Source: an uncultured Bacteroidales bacterium | GTDB taxonomy: Bacteria > Bacteroidota > Bacteroidia > Bacteroidales > UBA10428 | Length of the DNA: 64,000 nucleotides | Direction of reading: 5' to 3' | NCBI GenBank assembly: GCA_964615995.1 | Contig: CAZTSR010000006.1 | Location: forward strand, 11,055 to 75,054 | In this document: positions 9,286-20,400 of the stretch, in pieces | How positions within the stretch are numbered: position 1 is the stretch's first letter | Layout of the letters: the number at the start of each line of letters is the position of its first letter | Position numbers and translations under genes: made by a program | The notes under the pieces: model-generated | The model's database searches: none | What the model was told of the DNA's origin: nothing | The model's input: only the letters and a program-made list of their open reading frames with translations

Positions 9286-10233
9286 TTAATCCATTGTAAT
9301 ACGTGATCCGAATTTTTTATTCTCAAGTTTTGTAGCTTCCGTAATGACACTTTTGATCCCTCCATGTTCAATAAAATACAAGGCAGCTTCCATTTTCGGT
9401 GCCATACTTCCCTCACCAAACATTCCCAGTTTCAAATATTCCCGGGCCTGATCCCTGTTAATAAACTCAGCTATTTTCTGGTTGGGTTGCTTGTAATTTA
9501 AATATACATAAGGTACATCCGTGAGAATATAAAACTCCTCGGCTCCAATAGTCACTGCAAGATGTGCTGATGCCATGTCTTTATCAATCACAGCCTCAAC
9601 AGGCCGATAATTCCCTTTTGCATCAATATAAACAGGAATGCCGCCTCCACCGGTAGCCAAAACGATATTTCCGGAAAGAACAAGGCTTTTTATGATCTCA
9701 TGATTCAGGATTTCTACAGGATCAGGAGAGGCAACAACCCTTCGATATCCACCCTCTGACTTCTTTTCTTCTTTAAAAACCCATCCTTTTTCATGATGCA
9801 GTTTTTCAGCCATTTCAGGCGAATAACTTCGTCCAACTCTTTTTACAATATTCCTGAAGGAGTGATGTTTTTTATCAACTACCACCTCGGATATCAAACT
9901 CACAACATTTTTGCCGATTTCATGCTTGTTCAAAACATTTCGTAAAATCCGCTCAATCATATATCCAATCTCACCCTGGGTGCCTGCCACGCATATATCC
10001 AATGGCATTTGTGGTATTCCATAGACCTGCTCGCCTGCATCATTTCGCTGAAGCAAATCGCCTACCTGCGGTCCGTTTCCATGAGTAATCACCAATTCAT
10101 AACCTTCACGAATTAAGAACACAAGGTTTTCCAATGTTTTGAAAGTATTCTTTTCCTGTTCTTCAATGGTTCCCTTTTGATTGTCGCGTTGCAATGCATT
10201 GCCGCCTAACGCAATTACAGCTAATTTCTTCAT
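9286..10233 (-). CDS. arcC: carbamate kinase
   Basis: MKKLAVIALGGNAL, HGNGPQVG and TGGGGIP motifs. The 315-aa length is typical. Confidence 0.9.
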   Translation of the reverse strand: MKKLAVIALGGNALQRDNQKGTIEEQEKNTFKTLENLVFLIREGYELVITHGNGPQVGDLLQRNDAGEQVYGIPQMPLDICVAGTQGEIGYMIERILRNVLNKHEIGKNVVSLISEVVVDKKHHSFRNIVKRVGRSYSPEMAEKLHHEKGWVFKEEKKSEGGYRRVVASPDPVEILNHEIIKSLVLSGNIVLATGGGGIPVYIDAKGNYRPVEAVIDKDMASAHLAVTIGAEEFYILTDVPYVYLNYKQPNQKIAEFINRDQAREYLKLGMFGEGSMAPKMEAALYFIEHGGIKSVITEATKLENKKFGSRITMD

Positions 10234-10330
10234 ATCACGGGTTTATGTTATGCTTAAGTTAGTGTAATTAAGCATTTCAAAAAATGATAATGATCCATAT
10301 TATAGATTCACAAGATATGTTCAATATCAT

Positions 10331-10338
10331 TATATTTG
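10331..10338 (+). promoter_or_regulatory. putative -7 promoter box (TATATTTG) upstream of the acyl-CoA ligase
   Basis: Exact TAnnTTTG, 20 nt upstream of the ATG at 10359. An 8-bp palindromic hairpin, atgcttaa/ttaagcat (10250-10275), lies further upstream in the divergent region. Confidence 0.3.
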
Positions 10339-10358
10339 ATCCGGATTAAAAGCACAAC

Positions 10359-12158
10359 ATGGAGTTACAAAGAACATTTGATGTTCTCAGCAATCTCGAA
10401 CGACTATGCCCCGATAAAAGTGATATATTGGCGTGCAAGGAAAAAGGTTCATGGGTTAAGTATCATGTAAAAGACTATTTGCAACTTGTTGAGAAAGCCA
10501 GTTACGGACTGATGTCCATGGGTCTTATCAAAGGTGATCTGATAGTTACAATTTCCAATAACCGTCCCGAATGGAATGTTATGGACATGGCCATGAGCCA
10601 GATAGGTGTTATTCATGTTCCAATATATCCAACCATTAGTGCAGATGATTATGCGTATATATTATCCAATTGTAAGCCTAAACTGATTATCGTTTCGGAC
10701 CGTTCGCTTTTTGAGAAAATAAAGCCTATTGCCGAGCAGGTATCTTCTGTCCGGTCTATACTCAGTTATAATGAAATTGAGGGTGTGGCTAATTGGAAGG
10801 AAATCCTTGATGCCGGCTGCAGCAACTCCGGAAAATACAGTTCCAATCTTTCCGGAATCAAGCAAAGTATTACACCCGAAGATATCGTAACTCTTATTTA
10901 TACTTCCGGAACCACTGGAAATCCAAAAGGAGTTATGCTCTCTCATCGAAACATAATGGGGAATGTTCATTCTATTTCTCAAACATTTGAATTTAACGAG
11001 ACGCATAAAACGTTGAGTTTCCTTCCCATCAGCCATGTTTTCGAAAGAACAATCAATTATTATTTCCAGAGTAAGGGCGTAAGCATCTATTATGCAGAAA
11101 ATCTGGGTACCATAGCAGATAATCTGAAGGAAGTAAAGCCCCATGTTTTTATTAGTGTGCCACGATTGCTTGAGCGTACATACGATAAAATTATTTCAAA
11201 AGGAAGAGAACTTAAGGGCATCAAAAAACAACTGTTTTTCTGGGCTGTAAATTTGGGAATGAAATATAAAATCCCGGACACCAACAGTCCCATATATAAA
11301 GTCATGCTTGGAATTGCAGATAAGCTTATTTTTTCAAAATGGCGTGAAGCATTGGGTGGAAATATCCAGCTTATTGTAGTTGGAGGTGCTGCATTGCAGC
11401 CCAGGTTATGCACCATATTTAACGCGGCAAAGATTCCGGTTGTTGAAGGCTATGGAATGACAGAATCTGCTCCTGTAATTGCTGCAAACCGGATTCCGTC
11501 GACCGGAGACATAAGGGTTGGAACAGTAGGTCCGCCGATACCCGGAGTTGTTGTCAAAATTGCTGAAGACGGAGAAATTCTATGCAAAGGGCCCAATATC
11601 ATGGCTGGTTATTATATGGAACCCGAACTTACCTCCGGAGTAATTGATAAAGAAGGCTGGCTGCATACCGGCGATATTGGAATTCTGGTGGAAGGAAGGT
11701 ATTTGAAAATTACCGACCGTAAAAAAGAAATGTTTAAACTGTCAAGTGGTAAATATATAGCACCACAAGTAATTGAAAACAAACTTAAAGAATCGAATTT
11801 TATTGAACAGGTAATGGTCATTGGCGAAAATCAGAAATTTGCCAGCGCCATTATTTCTCCTGATTTTAATTACTTGCATAGCTGGGCTGTCCGGCATAAG
11901 ATCGAGTTTCGTGATAATTCGGAACTGATTGAAATACCCAAAGTACTGGCCAGATACCAACGTGTTGTTCATGAAATGAATAAGCAATTGGGACAGACTG
12001 AACAAATAAAAAGATTCCGGCTTGTTCAGGAAGAATGGGCACCAAATACCGGAGAACTTTCACCTACCCTGAAGTTAAAAAGAAAATTTCTCGCCAACCA
12101 TTACTCTAAACTAATTGAGGAAATCTTTTCAGTTCAGAAAGGAGATAATGGAGAATAA
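10359..12158 (+). CDS. long-chain fatty acid--CoA ligase (ANL / AMP-binding superfamily)
   Basis: AMP-binding motif LIYTSGTTGNPKGVMLSHRN. GYGMTESAP and TGDIG...ITDRKKEMFKLSSGKYIAP are typical of FadD-like long (about 600 aa) ligases. Confidence 0.85.
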   Translation: MELQRTFDVLSNLERLCPDKSDILACKEKGSWVKYHVKDYLQLVEKASYGLMSMGLIKGDLIVTISNNRPEWNVMDMAMSQIGVIHVPIYPTISADDYAYILSNCKPKLIIVSDRSLFEKIKPIAEQVSSVRSILSYNEIEGVANWKEILDAGCSNSGKYSSNLSGIKQSITPEDIVTLIYTSGTTGNPKGVMLSHRNIMGNVHSISQTFEFNETHKTLSFLPISHVFERTINYYFQSKGVSIYYAENLGTIADNLKEVKPHVFISVPRLLERTYDKIISKGRELKGIKKQLFFWAVNLGMKYKIPDTNSPIYKVMLGIADKLIFSKWREALGGNIQLIVVGGAALQPRLCTIFNAAKIPVVEGYGMTESAPVIAANRIPSTGDIRVGTVGPPIPGVVVKIAEDGEILCKGPNIMAGYYMEPELTSGVIDKEGWLHTGDIGILVEGRYLKITDRKKEMFKLSSGKYIAPQVIENKLKESNFIEQVMVIGENQKFASAIISPDFNYLHSWAVRHKIEFRDNSELIEIPKVLARYQRVVHEMNKQLGQTEQIKRFRLVQEEWAPNTGELSPTLKLKRKFLANHYSKLIEEIFSVQKGDNGE

Positions 12159-12181
12159 ATGACTTTCAACTTTCAGATATT

Positions 12182-13438
12182 ATGAATTCACATCTACTGG
12201 GCCCCTTTGAAGGCAGCGTTTTGAACTATATGAACTTCTCAGGAAAAACCTTAAACGAAAGATATGCACCATTTGACCATTGGGTAACATTGCGTGAAGA
12301 ACATAATCTCTGGCCTTACGGAATGGAGAATGATAACCGCAGACCGATGAACTTTGGCACACAGGACTATCTGGGCCTTTCTACCAATGAAAAGATCATT
12401 GATTCTTTATCGGAATTTATCAAATCCAACAAAATTCTTCACAGCGCCGGATCACCTACGCTTACAGGAAGAACATCATGGACTGCTGACCTTGAGGATA
12501 GGCTGGCCGGATTGCTTCAGCAGGAGACCTGCCTTATTTTCCCTTCCGGTTGGATGGCCTGTTTTGGTGCAGTGGCAGGACTTGTAAATGGCAAGGATAC
12601 GGTTGTCATTGATGCCCTGGCGCACAATTGCATGCAAGTGGCCACTAAATTTTCCACCGGCAATATATTCCGGTTCAACCATAACGATATGCAGCACCTG
12701 AATACCGTTTTGGAAAAATGCAGGCAGACAGACAACCGGAATGGACTTTTTATAGTAACGGAAAGCCTTTACTCCATGAATTCTGACGCACCCGATTTAC
12801 GACGTCTCATGGAACTTGCCCATAAATACGACGCGATTGTAATCATTGATACCGCACACGACCTGGGTGCTATGGGCAAAAGAGGTTTGGGGCTCCTCGA
12901 ATCTGTGGATATTGAATATGCTAAAAATCTTATTATCTGCGGGGCTTTTAGTAAGGTATTCGGTACAAATGGCGGGTTCGTGGCGGGTCCCTCTTGTGTG
13001 AGGAAGCAGTTAACTGTGATGGCTCCAACTTATATGTTTTCAACAGGTGCTTCCCCGCTGCAATGTCATATCGCAAAAAAAAGCCTGGATCTCGTATTTT
13101 CCGAAGAAGGCGATCGCATCAGAGCCCGTTTGAAAGAATTGGTATCATTTACAGTGGATCATTTTAAGAAGAATGGTTTTGTTATAAATGGCATTCCCTC
13201 TCAAATAGTTCCGGTGCATATTGGTCATGAAAGAATAGCACGGATGATTTTTAAACGGATTTTTGAACAGGGCCTGTTGGTGAACCTGATTGAATTTCCG
13301 GCTGTACCTAAAGGGAAAGCGATTTTTCGTTTTCAGCTTATGGCCACACATACAGAAGAAGATATCATGAAGGCTGTAAAAATGATGCTGGAAGCGCGCC
13401 TAGAAACTGAAAGGCTCATGCCAGAATTAATCGATTAA
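12182..13438 (+). CDS. alpha-oxoamine synthase family PLP enzyme (BioF / Spt / KBL-like acyl-CoA:amino acid C-acyltransferase)
   Basis: GTQDYLGLS, DTAHDLGAMGKRGLG and the PLP-lysine context FSKVFGTNGGF. 418 aa. The amino acid substrate cannot be told from sequence. Confidence 0.8.
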   Translation: MNSHLLGPFEGSVLNYMNFSGKTLNERYAPFDHWVTLREEHNLWPYGMENDNRRPMNFGTQDYLGLSTNEKIIDSLSEFIKSNKILHSAGSPTLTGRTSWTADLEDRLAGLLQQETCLIFPSGWMACFGAVAGLVNGKDTVVIDALAHNCMQVATKFSTGNIFRFNHNDMQHLNTVLEKCRQTDNRNGLFIVTESLYSMNSDAPDLRRLMELAHKYDAIVIIDTAHDLGAMGKRGLGLLESVDIEYAKNLIICGAFSKVFGTNGGFVAGPSCVRKQLTVMAPTYMFSTGASPLQCHIAKKSLDLVFSEEGDRIRARLKELVSFTVDHFKKNGFVINGIPSQIVPVHIGHERIARMIFKRIFEQGLLVNLIEFPAVPKGKAIFRFQLMATHTEEDIMKAVKMMLEARLETERLMPELID

Positions 13439-13490
13439 TGCGGACCTTTTTAGTCCTTAACCTGATGTATCAATCTCAAAAATATAGCAT

Positions 13491-15014
13491 ATGGCAATTG
13501 TAGGTACCATCCTGCAAGAGGTGATGAAGAACAGAAAAAATCATCTCGACAACAAGCAACTCAATTTTGATGTTCAAAAAGACACGCTGAAACAACTGCT
13601 TGGAAAAGCAAAACATACGAAGTTCGGAACAGACTTTAATTTTCAGGAAATTCTTAAAAGCGACGATATTGTAGCCGGATTTCAAAGCCGCGTTCCCATT
13701 TATGACTATGAGAAACTTTTCTCTCAATACTGGCATGAGCTTCTGGATGGAAAACCTGATATCACATGGCCTGGTAAGGTGCGGTTTTTTGGACTCACAT
13801 CCGGAACATCCAACGACTCAAGCAAAAGGGTTCCAATAACACGTGATATGATTAAATCCATGAGACGGACAGGTATCCGCCAACTGCTTTCACTTGTTGA
13901 TCTGGGACTTCCGCCCAATTTTTTTGAAAAAAGCGTGCTTATGCTGGGAGGCAGCACATCCCTGGTTAAAATGGAACGGTATTTTGAGGGCGATTTAAGC
14001 GGCATCCTTGCGGGCCGGCTCCCGTTCTGGTTTAATGGTTTTTATAAACCCGGACAAATATCCAAAGAAAGAGATTGGAATACCAAACTCGACAAAATAG
14101 TTCTCAAGGCAAAGGATTGGGATATTGGTGGTATTTCTGGTGTTCCGGCATGGATCCAGATTCTCCTTGAAAAAATAATAGCACATTATCATTTGAACAC
14201 CATTCATGATATTTGGCCAAATTTCAGGGTTTATGCACATGGCGGCGTGAATCTCGCACCTTATAAAAAGAGCTTTGAAAAACTCATTGGCAAGGAAGTC
14301 TATTATCTCGAAACCTATCTGGCATCTGAAGGATTTCTCGCATACCAGCGGAAACGCGATCATGCGATGCAGCTGGTTTTGGATAATGGCATTTTCTTTG
14401 AGTTTGTACCATTTAACCAGAATAATTTTAATGCTGATGGTACGTTGGTTGATCATCCGCAGGTATTGCTTATGAATCAGGTTACAGAAAACGAGGATTA
14501 TGCGATACTCATTACTACTAATGCAGGTACCTGGCGTTACCTCATTGGTGACACCATCCGGTTTACTTCAGCAAAAGATTTTGAAATTGTGATTACAGGT
14601 CGTACAAAGCATTTTCTAAGTCTCTGTGGAGAACATTTAAGTGTCGACAATATGACACGCGCTATTAGCAATGTATCAGAAAAAATCAATATTGAAATCA
14701 AAGAATTTACAGTAGCCGGAATTCCTCATGAAAACCGATTTGCACATAAATGGTATATTGGAACAAATGATGCCATCACTGATAAGGAGGCGTTCGCTAT
14801 ATTGCTGGATCAGAATCTGTCTGCGTTGAATGATGATTATGCCGTAGAAAGAAAAGCTGCCCTCAAGAATGTCTTTGTAGAAGTTGTACCCCTCCAGGCT
14901 TTTTACGATTGGCTGAAAATGAAGGGGAAAGAAGGCGGACAGCATAAGTTTCCAAGAGTTATCGGAAGTCAGTTCACTGAATGGGAATCATTCATCCGTC
15001 AATACCAAAATTAA
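13491..15014 (+). CDS. GH3 (auxin-responsive GH3-like) family acyl-acid amido synthetase
   Basis: GH3-family N-terminal pattern (FQSRVPIYDYEKL...FGLTSGTSNDSSKRVPIT). 507 aa, the usual length of bacterial GH3-family proteins. Confidence 0.85.
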   Translation: MAIVGTILQEVMKNRKNHLDNKQLNFDVQKDTLKQLLGKAKHTKFGTDFNFQEILKSDDIVAGFQSRVPIYDYEKLFSQYWHELLDGKPDITWPGKVRFFGLTSGTSNDSSKRVPITRDMIKSMRRTGIRQLLSLVDLGLPPNFFEKSVLMLGGSTSLVKMERYFEGDLSGILAGRLPFWFNGFYKPGQISKERDWNTKLDKIVLKAKDWDIGGISGVPAWIQILLEKIIAHYHLNTIHDIWPNFRVYAHGGVNLAPYKKSFEKLIGKEVYYLETYLASEGFLAYQRKRDHAMQLVLDNGIFFEFVPFNQNNFNADGTLVDHPQVLLMNQVTENEDYAILITTNAGTWRYLIGDTIRFTSAKDFEIVITGRTKHFLSLCGEHLSVDNMTRAISNVSEKINIEIKEFTVAGIPHENRFAHKWYIGTNDAITDKEAFAILLDQNLSALNDDYAVERKAALKNVFVEVVPLQAFYDWLKMKGKEGGQHKFPRVIGSQFTEWESFIRQYQN

Positions 15015-15613
15015 TGGATGTAATTTTTGGGGGCCTTATTACAGGCCTGCTGTTGAGTATTTTTGTGGGCGCCACATTCTTTATGCTTATTGAAACCAGC
15101 ATGACAAGAGGATTTCGTGCCGCATTATGGTTTGATCTCGGTGTGGTATCAAGCGATGCATCGATCATTGTAGCCGTATATTTTTTTGCCTCCTGGATCG
15201 ACCGGATGATCATCAAAAACGAATATTTTAACATCATTGGAGGGATCATATTTATTGCTTTTGGATTGAATTACATTCTCTCCAGAAATAAAAATGACGC
15301 AGAACCGCTGGTTCGTAAAAAAAATGTAAGGCTCTTTTTAAACGGATACCTTATTAATTTATTAAACCCTGCCGTTGCATTATTCTGGTTAGGAACCATG
15401 GCAATTTCCATTACAAAATTCAAATATTCGGGAACAGAAGTTCTGATATATTATGGAACTGCGCTCATTACAATGGCATCAATTGATGTAATAAAAGCTT
15501 ACTTTTCCTATAAATTAAGCACATTTATCCATTCAAAGATTCTGCGTGTCATCTACATATTTTCAGGTTTATTAATGGTCGGACTGGGCATCTTTTTTAT
15601 ATTTAAATATTAA
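15014..15613 (+). CDS. LysE/RhtB family amino acid (derivative) exporter
   Basis: About six TM segments with a LysE-like N-terminus (MDVIFGGLITGLLLSIFVGATFFMLIETSMTRGFRAAL). I use the ATG at 15014, which overlaps the GH3 stop as TAATG. The track start at 15081 minus 100, i.e. 14981, lies inside the GH3 gene. Confidence 0.8.
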   Translation: MDVIFGGLITGLLLSIFVGATFFMLIETSMTRGFRAALWFDLGVVSSDASIIVAVYFFASWIDRMIIKNEYFNIIGGIIFIAFGLNYILSRNKNDAEPLVRKKNVRLFLNGYLINLLNPAVALFWLGTMAISITKFKYSGTEVLIYYGTALITMASIDVIKAYFSYKLSTFIHSKILRVIYIFSGLLMVGLGIFFIFKY

Positions 15614-16819
15614 ATGCACAAGATTATGATGATTCCTGCGGTTAAAAAAACAGCTGTAATTCTTTTTTTGGCGATTACAGGTTGCAGCATTCAGGCACAA
15701 TTTTATGATGATTTCAATGGAAATCAAATTGAAGGATGGTATGTTATGACCGGCGATGGTAATGCCACCATGCTGTTTAAGCAGGAAGACGGCTTTGCCC
15801 GTATGTATATTGACGCAACAGCTGACAGATACAATGTTTACTGGACTTTGATTAAAAGGGATATTACAAAACACCTCAATCTGGCTCTGTTGAAAGATAC
15901 TTCATACCAATTAAGAGTAGAAGCAAAAGTGCGTGTTCATAATGCACCCCGGCGTGTCAACTTTATGGTAAACACGCAGCGGACCATCAATTTCCATTTG
16001 GATCTTATGGAATATGATCTTCAGGACACCAATAAATGGCATACCATCAGCATGACCACCAAAAGATTTGATGCTGTTCCAGGAGATCAGGTATTTGTTC
16101 AATTTGCTGCCACAGACTTTGGACCCGACCGCTATCAGATAGATATTGACTACTACCGGGCGGATATTGTAAAGGTCAACGAAGCAGGACCAGATAAGGG
16201 ACCACTGGTACCCTATCATCCGCCTGTAACTGATATTACTGCATTTAAAAACCACCTGAAGGTAAATCATGACTGTATGATCCATTCAGATTTTCCGGAT
16301 GTTAACTTTAATAACTGGACCTCCAGGGAATCTGAAATAAACATAAACACCCTTACGGTACATGCCAACCAGTGGATCATACTCAGATGGGATTTAAAAG
16401 ATTTTAAAAACACAGTGCCCTTCGGATCAGGTCTTCTGGAATTAACCACCCATTCCCTTTCTAAAGGTGGAAATTATGTATCCTCCTTAGGTGAAGATTA
16501 TGGAATTGAGTTTGGGAAAATCAGGATTTATGAAATTCTGGGAGGCGATCCTGCATGGGACCAACAGTCTGTTACTTACCATTCATTATTGGGCAGCCAG
16601 ACTCCTGATGAAACATTCAACGCCCAAATGGTTTTTGATGCAGATGTCAATGAAATAAAAAACGGAAAAACATATATTACCCTCTCAAAATATGTGATGC
16701 AACGCCTGCTCGACGGGACCACCAAAGGCTTGTTAATTAAGCCGCTGGGAGCCGTTGATGCCACTTTCTTTTCATCTGAAAGTGACAAAGGACCTATATT
16801 GCATTTCAATGAAGAATAA
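15614..16819 (+). CDS. secreted/lipoprotein hypothetical protein (concanavalin/LamG-like N-domain, possible carbohydrate-binding C-domain)
   Basis: Signal peptide with a Cys (AVILFLAITGCSIQAQ). The FYDDFNG...W pattern resembles DUF1080/LamG-like domains. The C-terminal part ending ...WDQQSVTYHSL resembles DNRLRE-type domains. Recognition is weak. Confidence 0.45.
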   Translation: MHKIMMIPAVKKTAVILFLAITGCSIQAQFYDDFNGNQIEGWYVMTGDGNATMLFKQEDGFARMYIDATADRYNVYWTLIKRDITKHLNLALLKDTSYQLRVEAKVRVHNAPRRVNFMVNTQRTINFHLDLMEYDLQDTNKWHTISMTTKRFDAVPGDQVFVQFAATDFGPDRYQIDIDYYRADIVKVNEAGPDKGPLVPYHPPVTDITAFKNHLKVNHDCMIHSDFPDVNFNNWTSRESEININTLTVHANQWIILRWDLKDFKNTVPFGSGLLELTTHSLSKGGNYVSSLGEDYGIEFGKIRIYEILGGDPAWDQQSVTYHSLLGSQTPDETFNAQMVFDADVNEIKNGKTYITLSKYVMQRLLDGTTKGLLIKPLGAVDATFFSSESDKGPILHFNEE

Positions 16820-16836
16820 CAGGAAAGCTTCGAATG

Positions 16837-17418
16837 CTACGGCTTACCAAAAGGAAACAATCTGCTTCCTACCCCATTGGATATGATGTTTTTGTCCAGC
16901 GGCCGGTTTACGAAATGAATGTTTTCAATAGTATAAAAAGCTGATGGCGCATTCGTTTCAATGATACTGATCGCCGTTTTAAGATTTTTCCTGTTTACAA
17001 TGATATAGTGGATGCCTACCTCTCCTTGCATTCCGGTAGCCTGAACAAAAGTTACTCCAAAACCGGCTTTTCTTAATTTATCCGCCAGGTTGCCTGACTC
17101 GTTTTTAGTGATCACCCGGATCATCTCGTGCCCGATTGCCAGTTTTTCATCCAGCAGCATACCCACGTAATTTCCGGTTGCAAATCCAGCTGCATAGGCC
17201 ACATAAGTAATCCAATTATTCAGATTCTCCATGATTCTTGTAATGGCAACAATCCATATGAGAATTTCAAAAAAGCCTATAACAGGAGCGACTTTTCTAT
17301 ATCCTTTAGTCATAAAAATAATGCGCATCGTATCCAAAGACATGTCGCATATTCGCATGACAAAGATTAACAAAGGCAGAATAATCAGATCGAAATACGA
17401 AGAATTCATAACATCCAT
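16837..17418 (-). CDS. UPF0316 / DUF2179 family membrane protein
   Basis: N-terminal TM helices (LIILPLLIFVMRICDMSLDTMRIIFMTKG) followed by a soluble DUF2179-like C-domain. 193 aa. Confidence 0.7.
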   Translation of the reverse strand: MDVMNSSYFDLIILPLLIFVMRICDMSLDTMRIIFMTKGYRKVAPVIGFFEILIWIVAITRIMENLNNWITYVAYAAGFATGNYVGMLLDEKLAIGHEMIRVITKNESGNLADKLRKAGFGVTFVQATGMQGEVGIHYIIVNRKNLKTAISIIETNAPSAFYTIENIHFVNRPLDKNIISNGVGSRLFPFGKP

Positions 17419-17481
17419 GGCAAAATGGGTTTATTACGAATTTACAAAGAAAAGAAACATGGAATTGTAAAACCAACCCAA

Positions 17482-20400
17482 TTACTTTTTCTTTAAAACA
17501 TACAGAAAATTAGAAGTGAATCGCGACTGATCAATAGTCTCCATTTCAAAACCTTTATTTTCTGCATGCATTTTGAGTTTCCCGGATGAGAAAAAGAACA
17601 GTTGATTGTCTTTCGCTTTATTGAATCCCGAACGGGTTGAAAAGAATTCAGTATAACGTGTACCCCGGTGTCTCTTTACCAAATCACTGTCAGCATCCCT
17701 TATCAGAATTTTTCCTCCCGGATTCAGTCGCGACATACAGTTATTGATCAGTTGATCCTGCTTCTCATCGGAGAGGTAATGCAATACATCACTTAAAATG
17801 AAAATATCTGCTTCAGGCAGCGGATATTCTGCAGCATCAGCCGATACGAATTCAATGGCATCGGTTTTGGATATGCAATTCTGTGCCAACTCAATTTTGA
17901 GCTGATCATAATCAATACCAAGAATAGTGCGCTCTGAAGAAACGAAGCCCAGGATATACGACATATAGCCATAACCGCAACCAATATCAACAATAGTAGC
18001 CTTTCGGGGGACCAGACTATTGATTTTCTCATAGTTATGCTCCAGCAAAAGTTTAATTCGTGTATACCACTCAATAACAGGTCCCTTATATACATAATTA
18101 CGAATAACCATTCTTCGGAAATAAGCGGGAGTCTCCAGTTGCTCTTTCAAAAGTTTGTACTCCCTTCTGTAATATTGAAGCATTGAGCGGGTCATCTCAT
18201 GATAATCTGCACCATATAACGCATCTCCGGGTTTAATGCGTTTGCAGATCTTTACAGTGATACTGCCACCCCGCAGATGGTTTTCACCTTTATTCATGCA
18301 ATCACCTGCACCATGAATGAAGATGGGAAGTAAATCGGCTTTTAGAGTTTGTGCCATCAGAAACGCACCTTTATGAAAACGTGTGATGGAACAATCAGCA
18401 GAACGGCTTCCTTCCGGAAATACAATAATTGAATATCCTGCTTCCATCTTGGCCTTTAGTTTCCCGGTGAGATCTCCGTAGCCTTCCATAACCGGATAGT
18501 AATCCAGATAGCGGATCACCAGGGCATAGATGGGATTATTCCATACCCATTTGGTGGTAAGAACGATGAGTTTCGGATGGAGCATCAAAAGCAACAGTAA
18601 ATCAATATGCGATTGGTGATTGCTGATAATAAACGCTGGTTTACTGAAAGTTTCCTTTTCAGGATTGATGATTTGCTTCTTAATATGAAGCATGGCATAT
18701 ACCGGTACCTTGCACCAAAATTGCATGCCCCTGTGCAAAAGGATTCGCTTTTTGCCTGACGAAATCGGAAGAAGCAATACAACGGGCAACAGAATGTTCA
18801 TAAACAGGCACCCGATGAGAAAAATGGAAAAGACAATTACTGTAATTACCAAATCTGAGAAGATAACAGGAAGCTTTCTTTTCTGGCCTTTCTTATTGAT
18901 CAGGTAATTAAATAACAAAGGTTGAAAAGTGTAGGAAATCAATACAATGCTAAGCAATCCGAATATGGAAATCAAGGCAATGGAATATAATGCCGGGTGT
19001 TTGGCAAGAATAAGAACTCCTGTTCCTGATATAGATATCATTACCGAAATAAGAATGCAGGTTTTATAGGACAGCAGATTGCGGTTGTTGGTAGTATAAC
19101 CCTGCACCAATCCCTGCATGATGTAAATACTGTAATCAATACCCAGACCGGTGATGAAAGAAGAAATAATGATATTAAAAATATTAAACTTAATACCCAG
19201 GATACCCATGAAACCTAATGTCCAAATCCAACTTACGAAAATCGGGATGAATGTAATCACCCCCAGTTCGATACGTCCAAAGGCAATGATCAAAACCAGG
19301 AGGATCAGAATCAAACTCACATTGGCAATGAAATTGAAATCCGTTCCCAGGGAGCTGACGATTTGAGATAAAACAGATTTCCGGTCAATAACAACAGAAC
19401 CTTCAATGGCGTTGAGTTTGCTTATCGTTTCATCTTTTCCCTTATTATCCACCTTAACAATAGTGACAATTGAAGCAAGTTGAGGTGTTACTGAAATATT
19501 ATCCACAAAGAACAATGCTTCCATTGTCTTAAAGGATGCAGAATCCACCAGGCTGAATTGCTTGTGCACCAATTCTTCAAAATCCGGAAATGATCCGGGA
19601 CGAAAACCTGCTGCCACAGCCTTTTCATCCATAATCTTCAAGAATTTATCCCTGTCGATCCCCGACCAAAATTGATTCCATCGGTTGATTTTCACCTGTT
19701 GAAGTGAATCCGACATCAAAAGAGATCCGGGCGAACTGAAACTCTTTACAACACCCTTATCTTTAAGTTCCCTCGTATTTGAAAGAATTTTCTCATTGTT
19801 TACAAGTGCTTCCTGCAGTGTATTTCCATATGCCACAACATAAACCGAGTTCAGTTTTGCATCATTGATGCGATTTAAACGGTTTTCTGCCTCCTTTAAC
19901 CGATCCGACATGTAGTTCATTTTCATCATATCGGTTTCAAAGCCCACCTTATTCATAAAGATTACCGCAATGCCTGTATAAACAAGCATAAATAAAAGCA
20001 GGAGTTTGTTTTTTTCAAACCCGTATTGTGTAATCTTGTCTAAAACCTTTTCAAGCACATTTTTCTCTTCTGTCTCATCGGTTTTCGATCTGGTAGCATC
20101 AAGTATATGAGGGATAACGACCATCGTAAAAAAGGCAGCCGTAACAACGCTCACTGCGGCCAGAATTCCGAGTTCATGTAAAGATTCAGAAGAAACAAAT
20201 ACCAGTGTCAGAAACTCAAATGCGGTAGCAAATCCACATACGATAATCGGAAATGATACATCCCTGATGGTATCAATAATGGAATGCTTATGCTTGAAAT
20301 GCGTAGTAATATGCAGGGCGTAATCCACAGTTATGGCCAGTATTACTGTTCCAATGCTTAGCGATATAACCGAAACCTTTCCCTGAACCAGATACAAAAC

